From the NCBI RefSeq assembly GCF_018977255.1, contig NW_024704742.1, forward strand, positions 61,754,001-61,818,000: a stretch of DNA of 64,000 bases, given 5' to 3'. The notes under the pieces are model-generated. The model saw only the letters and a list, made by a program, of their open reading frames with translations, did no database searches and was not told where the DNA came from. Of the stretch, positions 12,146 to 23,410 are shown one piece after another (position 1 is the stretch's first letter; each line of letters opens with the position of its first letter). Source of the stretch: Callorhinchus milii. Lineage: Eukaryota. Position numbers and translations under genes: made by a program.

Positions 12146-12687
12146 GAAGTATTATCTGTTTTAATGCACCCTTGGACAATATTAATTTAAAAAGGGAAAT
12201 GACAGAAGGTACAACATCCAGCAGTGAAGCATTGAACACCCTGGCAGAAGGCCTATGTTTATATTAGCAGCTGTGCTGGCATTTGTTGCTACCTTGAATG
12301 TGAAAGCTTTGCCAGCTATTGGCGAATGTGTTTAAAGTAAGGCAACCGTGAAACTGCTCAGTAAAACATGTGATACATCTAATAACATGGAATAAATATG
12401 GGGAAGGCGCTTCAGCCTATTATGAAACCCCCAAGGGAGAAATCATGTTCAGACTACTCTGGCTTCAATTTGCATCATTTGATTCTTGTGTCAAATTACA
12501 ACATCGCAACACATTGGCACTTCTTTCTGACTCTGTAACAGAATCTTTTCAGCTAATTGTTTGATCCAAGCTATACAAAATATGTGGTGGAAAATATTTA
12601 TTTGGCTCAAAGCACAAATACGTAAATAAAAAAAACAGGAATCATTTCCATCAAGAAGCTAATCACATGTTTTTTATTTTCTTTCAG

Positions 12688-12851
12688 GAAGCTTCAAGAC
12701 TTGGAAACTATGGGATATGCATAAACGCCCTGTGCCCATCCTTTGTCAACACTTCTATTCTTGATACGATAAATCACAAAGAAAATCTTGGCAACTTTTA
12801 TCAATTCAAGGACAGAGTCAAAAATCTGATCAATGTCATCGGGGTACTAGA
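12688..12851 (+). CDS. HPGD: HPGD-family exon (equivalent to human exon 6)
   Basis: Acceptor ttttctttcag| and donor |gtaagt; 164 nt, phase 0 to 2. Translates EASRLGNYGICINALCPSFVNTSILDTINHKENLGNFYQFKDRVKNLINVIGVL(E), similar to human ...[27 protein letters not shown]. Confidence 0.95.
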
Positions 12852-13107
12852 GTAAGTTCTCAGGTTTTCCTGTTACTATGGTGCTCAAATTTTTTTAGAA
12901 TGACAATTAAATGTCCCCTACCTCCCTGCCTTCAAAACCCGCTCACGTTTTTAGCCACCATAATAAATAGGGCACATTCCTCTGGAGCCATCTTTCCCGA
13001 CTCCTCAGCCTCCCCCACCTCCCTTCACACACACACACATGCTCGCTCAGGCTCACAGTAACCTGTGTGAAGCATGTCCTCGTGACATGACACTGGGAGA
13101 CTGAAAT

Positions 13108-13192
13108 ATGTTTTCTTTGGTTAGCCAAGTGTCTGACACCTGCAGAAACCCATCACAGTGCTTATGAGTATCCAAATTAGACTGAGAGCTCC
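13108..13192. mobile_element. Family X terminal fragment (opposite orientation to 12091)
   Basis: ttttctttggttagccaagtgtctgacacctgcagaaacccatcac. Confidence 0.75.
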
Positions 13193-13199
13193 ATCATGA

Positions 13200-13440
13200 C
13201 CACTGTGCCCTCCATTCCTCCAGCCATGCTTCACTTTTAGCCATTACACCTCAAAACTCTGGAATACTCTTCCTCCGCATTGCTCTCTCCTTCCCCATTG
13301 TCAGGACTCGCCTGAAAACCTTCCTCTTTGACCGTGCCTACAGTCATCTCACCCCCGGCTTGGTGTCGTGCTCCCCTCTGTCAAGCGCTCTGAGAATCTA
13401 TGCTGTGTGAGGCGTGCTTTAAAATGAAAGTTGTTGCTGT
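13200..13440 (+). mobile_element. Old L2 3' end
   Basis: ctctggaatactct...aaaaccttcctctttgaccgtgcc, then tail. Confidence 0.75.
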
Positions 13441-14249
13441 TATATCTATGTATTCCACCTACACATGGAGAGATTTCCTATAACAAGAACAACTTGCATT
13501 TATATAATGCCCTTCACACCAGACGGAGTCTCGGAGCACTTAAACCGGGAAATGATGGGTATGCTGCTATGGCAGGAAATGGAATGCAGACCTCTCTCTG
13601 GAGGACCGTACTGGCCACTTTATTGAGATTGAATTAACGCAACCCAGATGGAGTTGACATTTTGTTTTAATTGGTTCTGACGCTCTACTGTAAATGTGAT
13701 TTATCATCTAAAGAAGCCAGTTTTGTCAATGTGATCCATTTAAAGTCAGAAATGCATTGTAGGATGAAAATTGCAACACATCACATATGTTAACTGGTGT
13801 TAATTAACAGAACACACACACACACACAATTCCTGAACTCCATCACATCACAATGGTTAATAATTATAATCCTTGCATTTGCTACAAGGTTTATCACAGG
13901 AAAGGTGTAGTGACTGTATATTTGTAGGTTCAGCCCAAACACAGCCCACTCAGTGTTGCAATGGTCTTTTGGGCTTAAGTATTGGGTATTTGTGTTTTAA
14001 ACTGATGCATTTTAAAAAAAGCACTATATCAAATATCAAATGCAAGGATTATGGTTAATAGTTACCAGTTTTACCCTGATCATTTTTTATAGTTTGAATC
14101 CTGCTTACTAGTATTAGGACCCACATGTCCATTGAGCACTGTGGGTGTCTTTAGACCCAACCACTGTGACACAGTAAGAATGGACAGGAGGGAGAAAGGT
14201 TGACGTTTTACAGAATCGAATGGTGATGGCTTAACTCTCGGAGCATTAT

Positions 14250-14545
14250 CGCGGGAGCACTGCGTTGTCAAAGTTGCCATCTATCAGATGGTAGATAAGG
14301 ACAAAGTCAGAATGTATGTTAAATATCAATTGACACTGTTCGAAAAGAGAATTGAACTTGTCCCAATATCCTGGCAAACAATGTCCAGTTAGTTGATAAT
14401 TCACCTCATGGCTGTTTGTGAGATCTTAATTGTGCAAATAGCTACTGTCTCTGCCTACAAAATAGAGAACCCAGACTGGATAACAATTCCTCTGGAAGCA
14501 CTTTGAGATATTTGGACATGACGAGGTCCTACAAAAATGCAAGGT
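14250..14545 (+). mobile_element. DeuSINE, 5'-truncated
   Basis: Deu-like core and tail. Confidence 0.65.
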
Positions 14546-14699
14546 ACATTTTAGTAGTTAGAATATGTAGAAAATATTTTTTAAAACTTTCTTTTAAAAA
14601 ATACACAAGTAACGAGAGGAACAATGATGACAAGGTGATCACCCGTAAATTTTTTAAATGTTCTAGTAGCTAAAATTGTCCTTTTGAATGGAGGTCAAA

Positions 14700-14942
14700 C
14701 AATCTCACCATCGGTGGCCGAGCTTTTAATTATTACACCCTAACCTCTGAACTTCCCGCCTCTATCTCTTTGCCTTGCCACCTATCTGTCATTCTTTAAA
14801 TCCATCTTAAAATCTTTCTCTTCAGTTGCACCTATGGACCCCTTTCCCTTCTCCCTTGTTTGACATCCAACCCCGCCACTGTACATTGCTCCAAGATGTT
14901 ATCCTATATAAAGGGTGCTACATAAATGCGAATTGTTGTTGT
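14700..14942 (+). mobile_element. Old L2 3' end
   Basis: caccatcggtggccgagc... and (TTG)n tail. Confidence 0.7.
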
Positions 14943-15807
14943 AGGAAATATTTAGGAGAGATCCCCACCCCCCAAACACAAACACACACACACTTCTAGC
15001 CATCAAAACATTTCAGATCCTGATTTTAGGCGTCGGAAGAGTTAGGAGCTAGAGTTAATGTTAAAACAAAAAGCTACTCCGAAGGTTTGAGTATATGATT
15101 GACAATACTGATATCCTTTTCAATATCACAGTGTGGGAACTTAAATCGCATCACCCAACTGAGGCAGAAATCTCACTGGCACTTTTAGGATTAGGTGTTA
15201 AGAGCTATTCAGCTGCTGGAATGCTGTGATCAAATTGTAATGTGAGTTAAGCTGAGGCTGCCAGGCTGACTAAACGGCTTAGGCTAAATCACTTTCCCCT
15301 TCCAGTAATGCACCTACCGTCAACTGCTCAGCATCATTAGCCTGCCCATTCGGTATTATTTACTTCGGCATTACCCGTTAGCAGTTTACTGTGGGGTAAG
15401 CCATGGAAATATTCACACACTGAAAGCTGTAATTGAAACCCATTGCAGCAAAGATTCTCAATGTCATCTTATAATAGTTTTGAGCAGCAATGGAAAAAAA
15501 AGGACAACATCGATAGCTCACCCTAACCATCCCATATCTCTCAGGATCATTGGAAGCCATGACTTGTCCCTGAATTGTCTATTACACAAGAGCAGGAGCC
15601 TATTTGACCTCCTCCTATATTTAGTCTAGATTAACTCTTTAATTTCATGTCACTTAATATTCTTCTTTTCCAAATATTTATCCATCTCTCTCTCTCTTAA
15701 ATGCTTCAATTAACTCAGCATCTATTTTACCCTTGAGACAGTCTGTTCTGGGCTCTCTCACTAACTGAGCTCTGATTTTATGTCACAGTGCCCAGAACGT
15801 AGTACCA

Positions 15808-16168
15808 GAATCTGTAGTGTAGTGGTAAGAGCACTCGCCTCACAAGCAATAGAATCTGGGATTGATTCCTGGGCTGCACAAAATGTTTCCTTACTCCACA
15901 CCCTCTGTTTAACTAGCACTAAATAGGAACCTGATTGTTAGTTGAATGGCGGATTGCTTTTCTGGGCATAATAATCCCTTCAAAACAATAATAAATTGGT
16001 CACTCAATCCACGACTGTTTGTGGGACACTGCTGTGTGCAATTGGCTGTCGCATTTCACCCACAAAATACATTCAGTTCACTTTATAGTATATTTTGTGA
16101 AGTGCTTTGAGATGTCTCGAAGACTTGATAAAGGGCTATATCAAATGCAAGGATTATTATTATTATTA
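15808..16168 (+). mobile_element. tRNA-headed SINE, long subfamily, full length
   Basis: A box tagtgtagtgg, B-box-like gattgattcc, core, (TTA)n. Confidence 0.9.
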
Positions 16169-16619
16169 CTGACATTCAGAATATGAATTTCTGTTACAAC
16201 ATAAATGTATATTTGATTTCAAAACACATCAGAGACCTAAAAAAACACAACATACAGACACATAGACCTCCTATAATGAGAGGATAAAAGTTCAGTTAAA
16301 AGTAATGAACTAGCATCTTAACATAATATTTCAATGAGTTACATGAGGCACTCCTCCTGAAATGTGCATTTGGTTCATTCCAGTAACATGTTGAGAAGTC
16401 TATGTATTTGCTTTAGTGGGACATTTGATACTTTCTTTCGTTACATCAAGCATTTCAAAGTACCTCTAAGACTCTGCGTCCCATTCATTTGTTAAGACTA
16501 TTTGTAGCCAGCGAGAGCTTCCTTGTACATTCTACAGACCCGCGGGGACAGCTTACTGGTACTTACCTCACTTCCTCAAGAAACAAAGCAATCATTAGGA
16601 CAGTGAAATGTGTCAAATA

Positions 16620-16738
16620 GGCTTTACCCTAGAGCGATTACCCCTTCCCCCAACATTTTAGAGATAAAATCTGCCTGAGCACGAGAGGGGTAGATAAACT
16701 CTCCAAATGTTGGAAAAAATCTTTAGAGATTTAAGCCC
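16620..16738. repeat. Degenerate palindrome, MITE-like
   Basis: ccaacattttagag vs ctctccaaatgttgg; outer ggcttt...aagccc. Confidence 0.5.
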
Positions 16739-17762
16739 ATTTTAAACAAAAACAACAACTCGCATTTATATAGCGCCATTCACACCGGACAGAGTCTCAG
16801 TGCGCTTTATCATCAGTGTAATTATTCTCAATTGACAACACTAGTATATTAAATAACTCTTTGTGTCTCCCTTTCCCTTCTCTCTTTCCTTTTTTTATTT
16901 CTCTTTTACTTCCCCCCCGTCCCAGGATCCTTTTATATGTCCTACTTCTGTTTCACTGGCTCTTTCTCAATTGTCTGTTATTTCTTAAAGGGATATCCTA
17001 CAATCAGTTCAGTGTGGGGGAAGACTCATGACTGCGGAACTCTGGAAGAGCATTTATTGATCATGATTATCAAATAAGCGCAAAAAACTAATATGGCTCA
17101 TTTATAATGCTTAATTTGTAGAATCTGCTGAAATTAACTGAAATGGAAATTTGAATTTTTCAGCAAGAAGGAAGCCATTCGGCTTTTAAGTCTTTGCCAT
17201 TGTTACTCATATTACTATATGGCTTTTTTATAATAATGAGAATCCTTGCATTTGGCATCGCACCCTTTATGTCAGGAAGACGTCTTGAAAGGCTTCACAG
17301 GATTTTAATGCAGACTGTAGCAATTATGTATTTGTAGGCGAATGCAATTTGCACACTGTAATGTCCCACAGACAGCCATGAAGTGTATGCCCAATTTTAT
17401 CTGGGTGTCAATGGCGAGGACAACAGGAGACAAACTAAAATACATGCACTTCATGGTAAAAAAAATACTTCACTGCAACCCACTGTGCAGACCATTGCAA
17501 GCATCTTATACACCACTGTAACCAAAGATGCTCATCACTCCACTCCATCTGCTGTCCATAAGATTTCACCCACAATATACATCTCAAAGTGCCATTTGTA
17601 CACGCCAATCTGCCCACCGCACATCTCCACCACAATCATGTACAGCATTGCAGGGACTGCTCATTAAATCACATTTCCAAAAGGCTTAAATAATGACTGC
17701 CCTTAAGAAAAACTTTTTTCCAGAGTCCACTTTGCAATGAACTGCATACTTCTGTATTACAG

Positions 17763-17889
17763 AACATCAGAGATAGCCACAGGCTTTCTGCAACTTGTTG
17801 AGGATGGCAAGTTAAATGGAGTTGTTATGAAGATTACACCATCCAAACGCATACATTTTGAGGACTATCAGAACAATCCTTGCTTCTAG
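17763..17889 (+). CDS. HPGD: HPGD-family terminal coding exon (equivalent to human exon 7)
   Basis: Acceptor ctgtattacag|; phase fits the previous exon. Translates (E)TSEIATGFLQLVEDGKLNGVVMKITPSKRIHFEDYQNNPCF*, similar to human [32 protein letters not shown]. Confidence 0.95.
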
Positions 17890-18007
17890 CAGTGAATTAA
17901 TTCTGACCTACTCTACACATCGGCAACAGATTTCTCTGCAAAATCTCTTACACGGCTTGACAATTTATGTCCACCTTCTAAGAACCAGGAGCAGTAAAAA
18001 GCAATAG

Positions 18008-18018
18008 ATTAAAATAAA
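18008..18018 (+). promoter_or_regulatory. Candidate HPGD polyadenylation signal
   Basis: Overlapping ATTAAA and AATAAA ~120 nt after the stop codon, with a T/GT-rich stretch downstream. Confidence 0.5.
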
Positions 18019-18464
18019 CAAGAGGAAACTTATACAGTGTAACTTTGCTCAAACTGTGTTATTTTAGAATGGAACATCATGGGTTCCTCTTAGAACTTGT
18101 TTAAAAACATGGTTCTCGGTCAGTGCAAAACTATACTTTTATTCTGAACAAATTGTGCTAAGGGTTTGCTCATGTTCCATTGTTTGTTTCTGTTTGACGT
18201 GCCTTCCTCTTATCTGTAGTCTTGCATTCCACATCTGTTTCTTGCAGTTGCCAGAAGTGCAGCTGAGTGTGTGCCTTTTTGATTATTTTTACAAATGGTT
18301 AGGTTAGCATTTTGAAAACTGAGCCCAGAACAATGCACACACATTATTTTGTTAGGCAAACAGATGCGTAATTTATTTGCAAACTCTTGAGGATTGGAAG
18401 GAAAGCTGTTGGGAAAATGTTACCTGGAGTGCATGTTTATGAACGTATACTCATATATCCAGGG

Positions 18465-18720
18465 TAGGGTGGGTATCACACATCCATGGGTAGAGTGTTC
18501 TTAGCTGTAAAAGCAGTTGAAGCTTGCCAAAAGCTTGCCTAAATTATAAGCCATGCGGTTTTAGCTGGTTAAACTCCAGCAGTACCCCAAACAGCACACT
18601 GGAATTCCCAAACCTTTTCACTAACCTTTATCTAATACTCTTAACGATGAGAGAAGCAGGATACATTCCACCAGGGAGAGAGTACACATCCATTCCAAAC
18701 ACCAGGGATATTTCCATGTG
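18465..18720. mobile_element. Family X internal fragment
   Basis: ttagctggttaaactccagcagtacc...gcaggatacattccaccagggagag is the reverse complement of the 51110-51220 segment. Confidence 0.65.
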
Positions 18721-18906
18721 TTGGTAGCATGCTTTTAAGCATAGTAATAGGTTTCTGGATGTGTAAGATATCCTGCAATTTTCACATATCTTAATGTGAT
18801 CACAGGTTCTGACTATGTACAGACATTTCATATATAGAGCATCTGAATATATGTGTTTTCTCAGTGTCTTAGGACTTGCGATATGTAGAGATGCTAATTT
18901 GGTCAA

Positions 18907-20884
18907 CAACAACAACAACAAGATTTCACTATAGAGAGCCTTTCACGTCGGGAGGACATCCCAAGGCGCTGGACAGTTGGGTCAGGACCCGAGCAGGGGG
19001 GAAAAGCTCAGGGTGAGGGGAGGGAAGGGAAGGAGTGAGGAGGGGGTAGAGAGTCGAGAGGGGAGCTGAAGGCACGGTCGAAGAGAAAGGTCTTGAGACC
19101 GGCCTTGAAGGAGGAAAGGGAGGAGGCGGCGAAGGCACTGGGGGATAGAGTTCCAGAGCCTCGGGGCTGAGAGGCTGAAGGCCCGGCCACCGATGGTAGG
19201 GCGGTTAGTGCAGGGGATGTAGAGCAGACTGGAGCCAGAGGAACGGAGGGTACGGGCAGGTAAGTAGGGGGAATAGTAGGTCGGAGAGATAGGAGGGAGC
19301 AAGGCCGTGAATGGCCTTGTAGATAAGGATGAGGATCTTGAATTCAATCCTCTGGGGGATGGGGAGCCAGTGGAGGCGAGCGAGGGTGGGAGTGATGTGG
19401 TCCTGGTGCGGGACAGTACACGAGCTGCAGAGTTCTGAATGACCTGCAGCTTGTGGAGGGAGGTGGCGGGAAGGCCGGCGAGGAGAGAGATCTCATAGTC
19501 CAGCCTTGAGGTGATAAAGGCGTGGACCAGTGTTTCAGCAGCGTGAGGGGTGAGGTAGTGCCGTAGTCTGGCGATATTCCGGAGGTGATGGAAGGCGGTG
19601 CCAGTTGTGGCGCGGATATGAGGAAGAAAGGACAGCTCAGGGTCGAACAGAACCCGAGGTTCCTGACTGGCTTTGAGAGGTGGAGAGTGCAGCCTTGGAT
19701 GCTGATGCTGTCAGCGCCTGAGGTGCGGAGGCGCTGACGTGAGCCAATCAGGAGGGCCTCAGTTTTGCGCACGTTGAGCTGAAGAAAGTTGTCTCTCGTC
19801 CAGGACTCGATGTCGGACAGGCAGCTGTCAGGACATCGGTGGTCGTGGAGTTGAGGGTAGAGGAGGAAAGGTAGAGTTGGGTGTCATCCGCATACATGTG
19901 GAAGTTAACCCCATGTCTGCGGATGATGTCACCAAGGGGGAGCATATAGAGGGTGAAGAGGAGGGGACCGAGGACAGAGCCCTGAGGGACACCGCACGAG
20001 ACAGTGCGGGGGCCGGAGGAAAAGCCGTTTGTAGAAACAAGATGAAGACGGTGGGAGAGGTACGACCTAAACCACTCAAGGACAGGGTCTTGAAGGTTGA
20101 GGTGTGAGGACAAGCGGTGGAGGAGGATAGCATGGTCGACCATATCGAATGCGGCCAATAGGTCGAGGAGGACGAGGAGGCAGAGGGAGCCCTGGTCGCA
20201 GATGGTCAGGATGTCATTGGTGACCTTGACCAGGGCGGTTTCTGTGCTATGGGCAGGACTGAAATCCGACTGAAGGGGTTTGAATAATGAATGGGTGGAG
20301 AGAAAAGAGCGCAGGTGGGACGCCACGACTCTTTCAAGGACCTTGGACAGGAAGGGGAGGTTGGAATTGGGCCGGTAGCTTGATAGCTATGATGCACCAA
20401 GGGGGGGGGTTTTCAAAGTGGGAGTGATGGTGGCAGTTTTTAGGGGAATGGGAATACAGCCAGAGGAGAGGGACAGGTTGATGATGTCTGTGAGAAGTGG
20501 GGCAAGGAGGTGGAGTTGAGAGATAAGGAATGGAGTGGGGATGGGTTCAAGGGAGTAGGTTGTGGATTTCAGGGACAGGATGAGGTTGGTGACAGAGGGT
20601 GGGGAAACGGGTTCGAAGGTGTGTAGGGGAGGATGGGTAGGAGTCGGAGTGTGGGAGGGAAGGGGTGGGTGGAAGTTGGAGGGGCAGTGACCACGGAGCG
20701 GATTCCCTTGATTTTGGATTCAAAAAAATCCAGCATCTCCTTGCAGTGAAGGTTGGAAGAGATGACCTGCGTGGGGTGGCGGGGTCGGGGGTGGAGGAGT
20801 CCGGGATGTGGTAGAGAACAGAAGCCTGGGGTTGTTCTTCGTCTCCAGGATTATCCTGGAGTAGAAGGACGACTTGGCCGAGGT
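18907..20884 (-). mobile_element. L2 LINE (family A), ~2 kb, 5'-truncated, with RT domain
   Basis: [37 protein letters not shown]; multiple frameshifts; (TTG)n tail; candidate TSD ggtcaa at 18901-18906 and 20898-20903. Confidence 0.97.
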
Positions 20885-21214
20885 TTAAGTTGGCCGAGGT
20901 CAAGTTCTCAATGGACTTTCAATGTGTATACAGAGGCTCTCAATATTCTCAAGGCCTCAATATATAGAAGCTGAATAGAGGATATACAAACTCTCAAAGC
21001 CAACATTGTATGCAGAAAAGAAGCTGAATTTATTTAGTTTGATTGATTTTTAATTGGATTTTAGTTACCATTCAATTGGATTTTAAAACAATCTATTAAA
21101 TTTATCCTTATGATTTTCGGGGACTTAAAATGAAATATTCCAGACCCAATTAAATATTAATATTGAACTGCAACTATCAGACTGCAAAATTCAAAATTCA
21201 TAAAAATAATAATA

Positions 21215-21575
21215 ATTTAATAATAATCCTTACATTGGTCTAGCACCTTTTATGTTGGGAAGGCATCTCAAATGCTTCACAGGAACTGTACTGTGGAGGG
21301 TGTTTTGTGGGCGAGTGCAGAAAACAATTATCACACTATCCCACAAATGGGCAAAAGGGGAGAAGAAAACCCTCAGTATAACACCACAGCCTAATATGGC
21401 ACCTCCAACAGTGCAGAACTATGCCCACCCCCACCTTTCCCAGAACTTGCCGTTCAACTGCACAAGTGTTAAGGACATGAGATGCTGCCCATGTTCAGGC
21501 CGCTGTATAAATGTACAATGGGGCTTAAACCCATCACATGCTGATTCAGTGGTGGGAGTTCTGCCAACTGATCCA
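21215..21575 (-). mobile_element. Degraded DeuSINE
   Basis: Tail, Deu-like and head remnants. Confidence 0.55.
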
Positions 21576-21884
21576 AACAGACACATATACATACAGAGGC
21601 AAACTTCACCCATTATTCCAAGCCAATCCAGAAAAACATTCAATGGGAACTTGTCAGTGCACTCAAGTGAAATCCCTTGTACGATTGTATTACTTACACG
21701 TACAGAGTTACTTTGTGCAGATGAAAAATAAAGTGTGTCTGAAAACAATTAAGATCATTTTAAGCCTCTCTCCAACATTGCCGGATGTAGAGAGAGCAGT
21801 TTCATGCCAGAGAAAGTAGTTTACCTTATCAGCAGCCGGACAGGTTGCTTAGAGCTCGAGTTCTTTGTTATTCGTATAACATGC

Positions 21885-21980
21885 ACAGACACGCACACAC
21901 AACACACACAACACAAAACCCATGCACCCACACACACCCATGCACATTCACGCAAAACATACAAAGACAAAACAAAACAT
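21885..21980. repeat. Degenerate (CA)n microsatellite
   Basis: Seen directly in the sequence. Confidence 0.8.
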
Positions 21981-22129
21981 ATAGAGTGCACCTATAATGC
22001 ACTGATTCATAATCCTGACAACATATGACATAACTAGACACAGACATAACATATGTAAAACATACCCAATGTTACTTGGGTATGTTTCACATATGTTATG
22101 TCTATGTCTATTTGTGAAATATTTCTGTT

Positions 22130-22730
22130 TACATAAGAACATAAGAATTAGGAGCAGGAGTAGGCCATTCGGTCCCTCTAGCCTGCCCCGCCATTCGATA
22201 AGATCATGGCTGATCTTCAGACCTAACTCTAATTACCTGCCCTATCCCCATATTCCCTAATCCCTCTATTTTTAAAAAAGCTATCAGGCTCAGCCTTGCA
22301 GATGTTCAAGGACTGAGCATCTACAGATTTCTGTCACTACCCTCTGAGTGAAGAAATGTTTGCTCAACTCTGTTCTAAAAGGCTGACCCTTAATTTTAAG
22401 ACTGTGACCGCTGGTTATAGATTCTCCTATCAGGGGAAACAGACCCTCAGTGTCTACTTTATCCAGCCCTTTAAGAATCTTCTATGCTTCAATAAGATCT
22501 CCCTTAATTCTTCTGTACTCTAGAGAATACAGCCCTAGTTTATTCAGCCTATCCTCATAGGTCAGTCCCCTCATCCCAGGAACTAACCGAATGAATCTAC
22601 GCTGTACCCCCTCGAGGGCAAGTATGTCCTTTTTTAAATAAGGAGACCAAAACTGCACACAATACTCTAGGTGAAGTCTCACCAAGGCCCTATACAGTTG
22701 CAGCAAGACTTCCCTACTCTTGTACTCTAA
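22130..22730 (-). mobile_element. CR1 LINE 3' portion
   Basis: [37 protein letters not shown]...GDLIE; (ttcttatg)n tail. Confidence 0.95.
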
Positions 22731-22885
22731 ATTTACATAGATTTACATAGACTGTACAACACGGAAACAAGCCATTCAGTCTGTGCTCCACATGAGTCTT
22801 CATCCACTTTATTCTCTCCCATACCGTTCTATTCCCCTCTCCCTCATGTATATACCCAGCTTCCTCTTAAATACATCTGCATACT
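22731..22885 (-). mobile_element. Second CR1-type 3' end
   Basis: atttacatagatttacatag tail and CR1-like 3' UTR. Confidence 0.7.
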
Positions 22886-23069
22886 ATCTGCAATAGTCAC
22901 TACACATCACAAATCCTGTGAAGCGTTTTGAGGGATCCTCCAACATGAAAGGTGCTATAATCAAATGCAAGGATTATTATTATAATGAATAACCGCTATA
23001 ACAGCTACGCTTACAAAGAAACCATTACATTTCTCAATCCACATCTCGTAGTTCATTTTCGAGGAATTT

Positions 23070-23270
23070 GGTCTCAGTAACTGCCTGAGTTAATCTGGTA
23101 AGGACAGTCTGTCAATAATTTGCAGGTTAAGCCACCCTGTGTTGTGGAATATTGGAGGACAGTCATGCCTAATCTGCTGCTGTCACAATCCAAAATCCTT
23201 GTCAATGACAGATTGATGGTGTTCACCCAAAGCCACTTAACAGGGTGTGTTTCCAATATTTCCAGTTTTA
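23070..23270 (-). mobile_element. Possible ancient L1/Tx1 ORF2 remnant
   Basis: INLSLTRILDCDSSRLGMTVLQYSTTQGGL resembles the post-RT 'FIW..PR...LQ....GGL' block; heavily decayed. Confidence 0.35.
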
Positions 23271-23289
23271 TCCGTGCATGTGCCACATT

Positions 23290-23410
23290 CATGTGTGTGT
23301 TTCTTGTGTGCGTGTTTGCATGTGCGTTTTGCGTGGTTGTGTGTGAGTAGATGTTTGCTTGAGTGAATGTGTGTGTGTGTCTGTGTGTGCAAGTCTGATT
23401 ATGTGTGCAT
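23290..23410. repeat. Degenerate (GT)n microsatellite
   Basis: Seen directly in the sequence. Confidence 0.8.

Noticed and set aside
17430..17670. Minus-strand GVYK...YIVGE resembling a Penelope GIY-YIG motif
   Set aside because: Spacing and downstream residues are not convincing without an HMM search.
19344..20903. Long ORFs with RT motifs (also 25416-27450) as an active or domesticated reverse transcriptase
   Set aside because: 5'-truncated, frameshifted L2 copies with no endonuclease domain.
21252..21819. 159-aa and overlapping ORFs; likewise 46622-47101, 47847-48263 and 62633-63085
   Set aside because: They run through SINE/LINE remnants, with no recognisable domain or splice structure.
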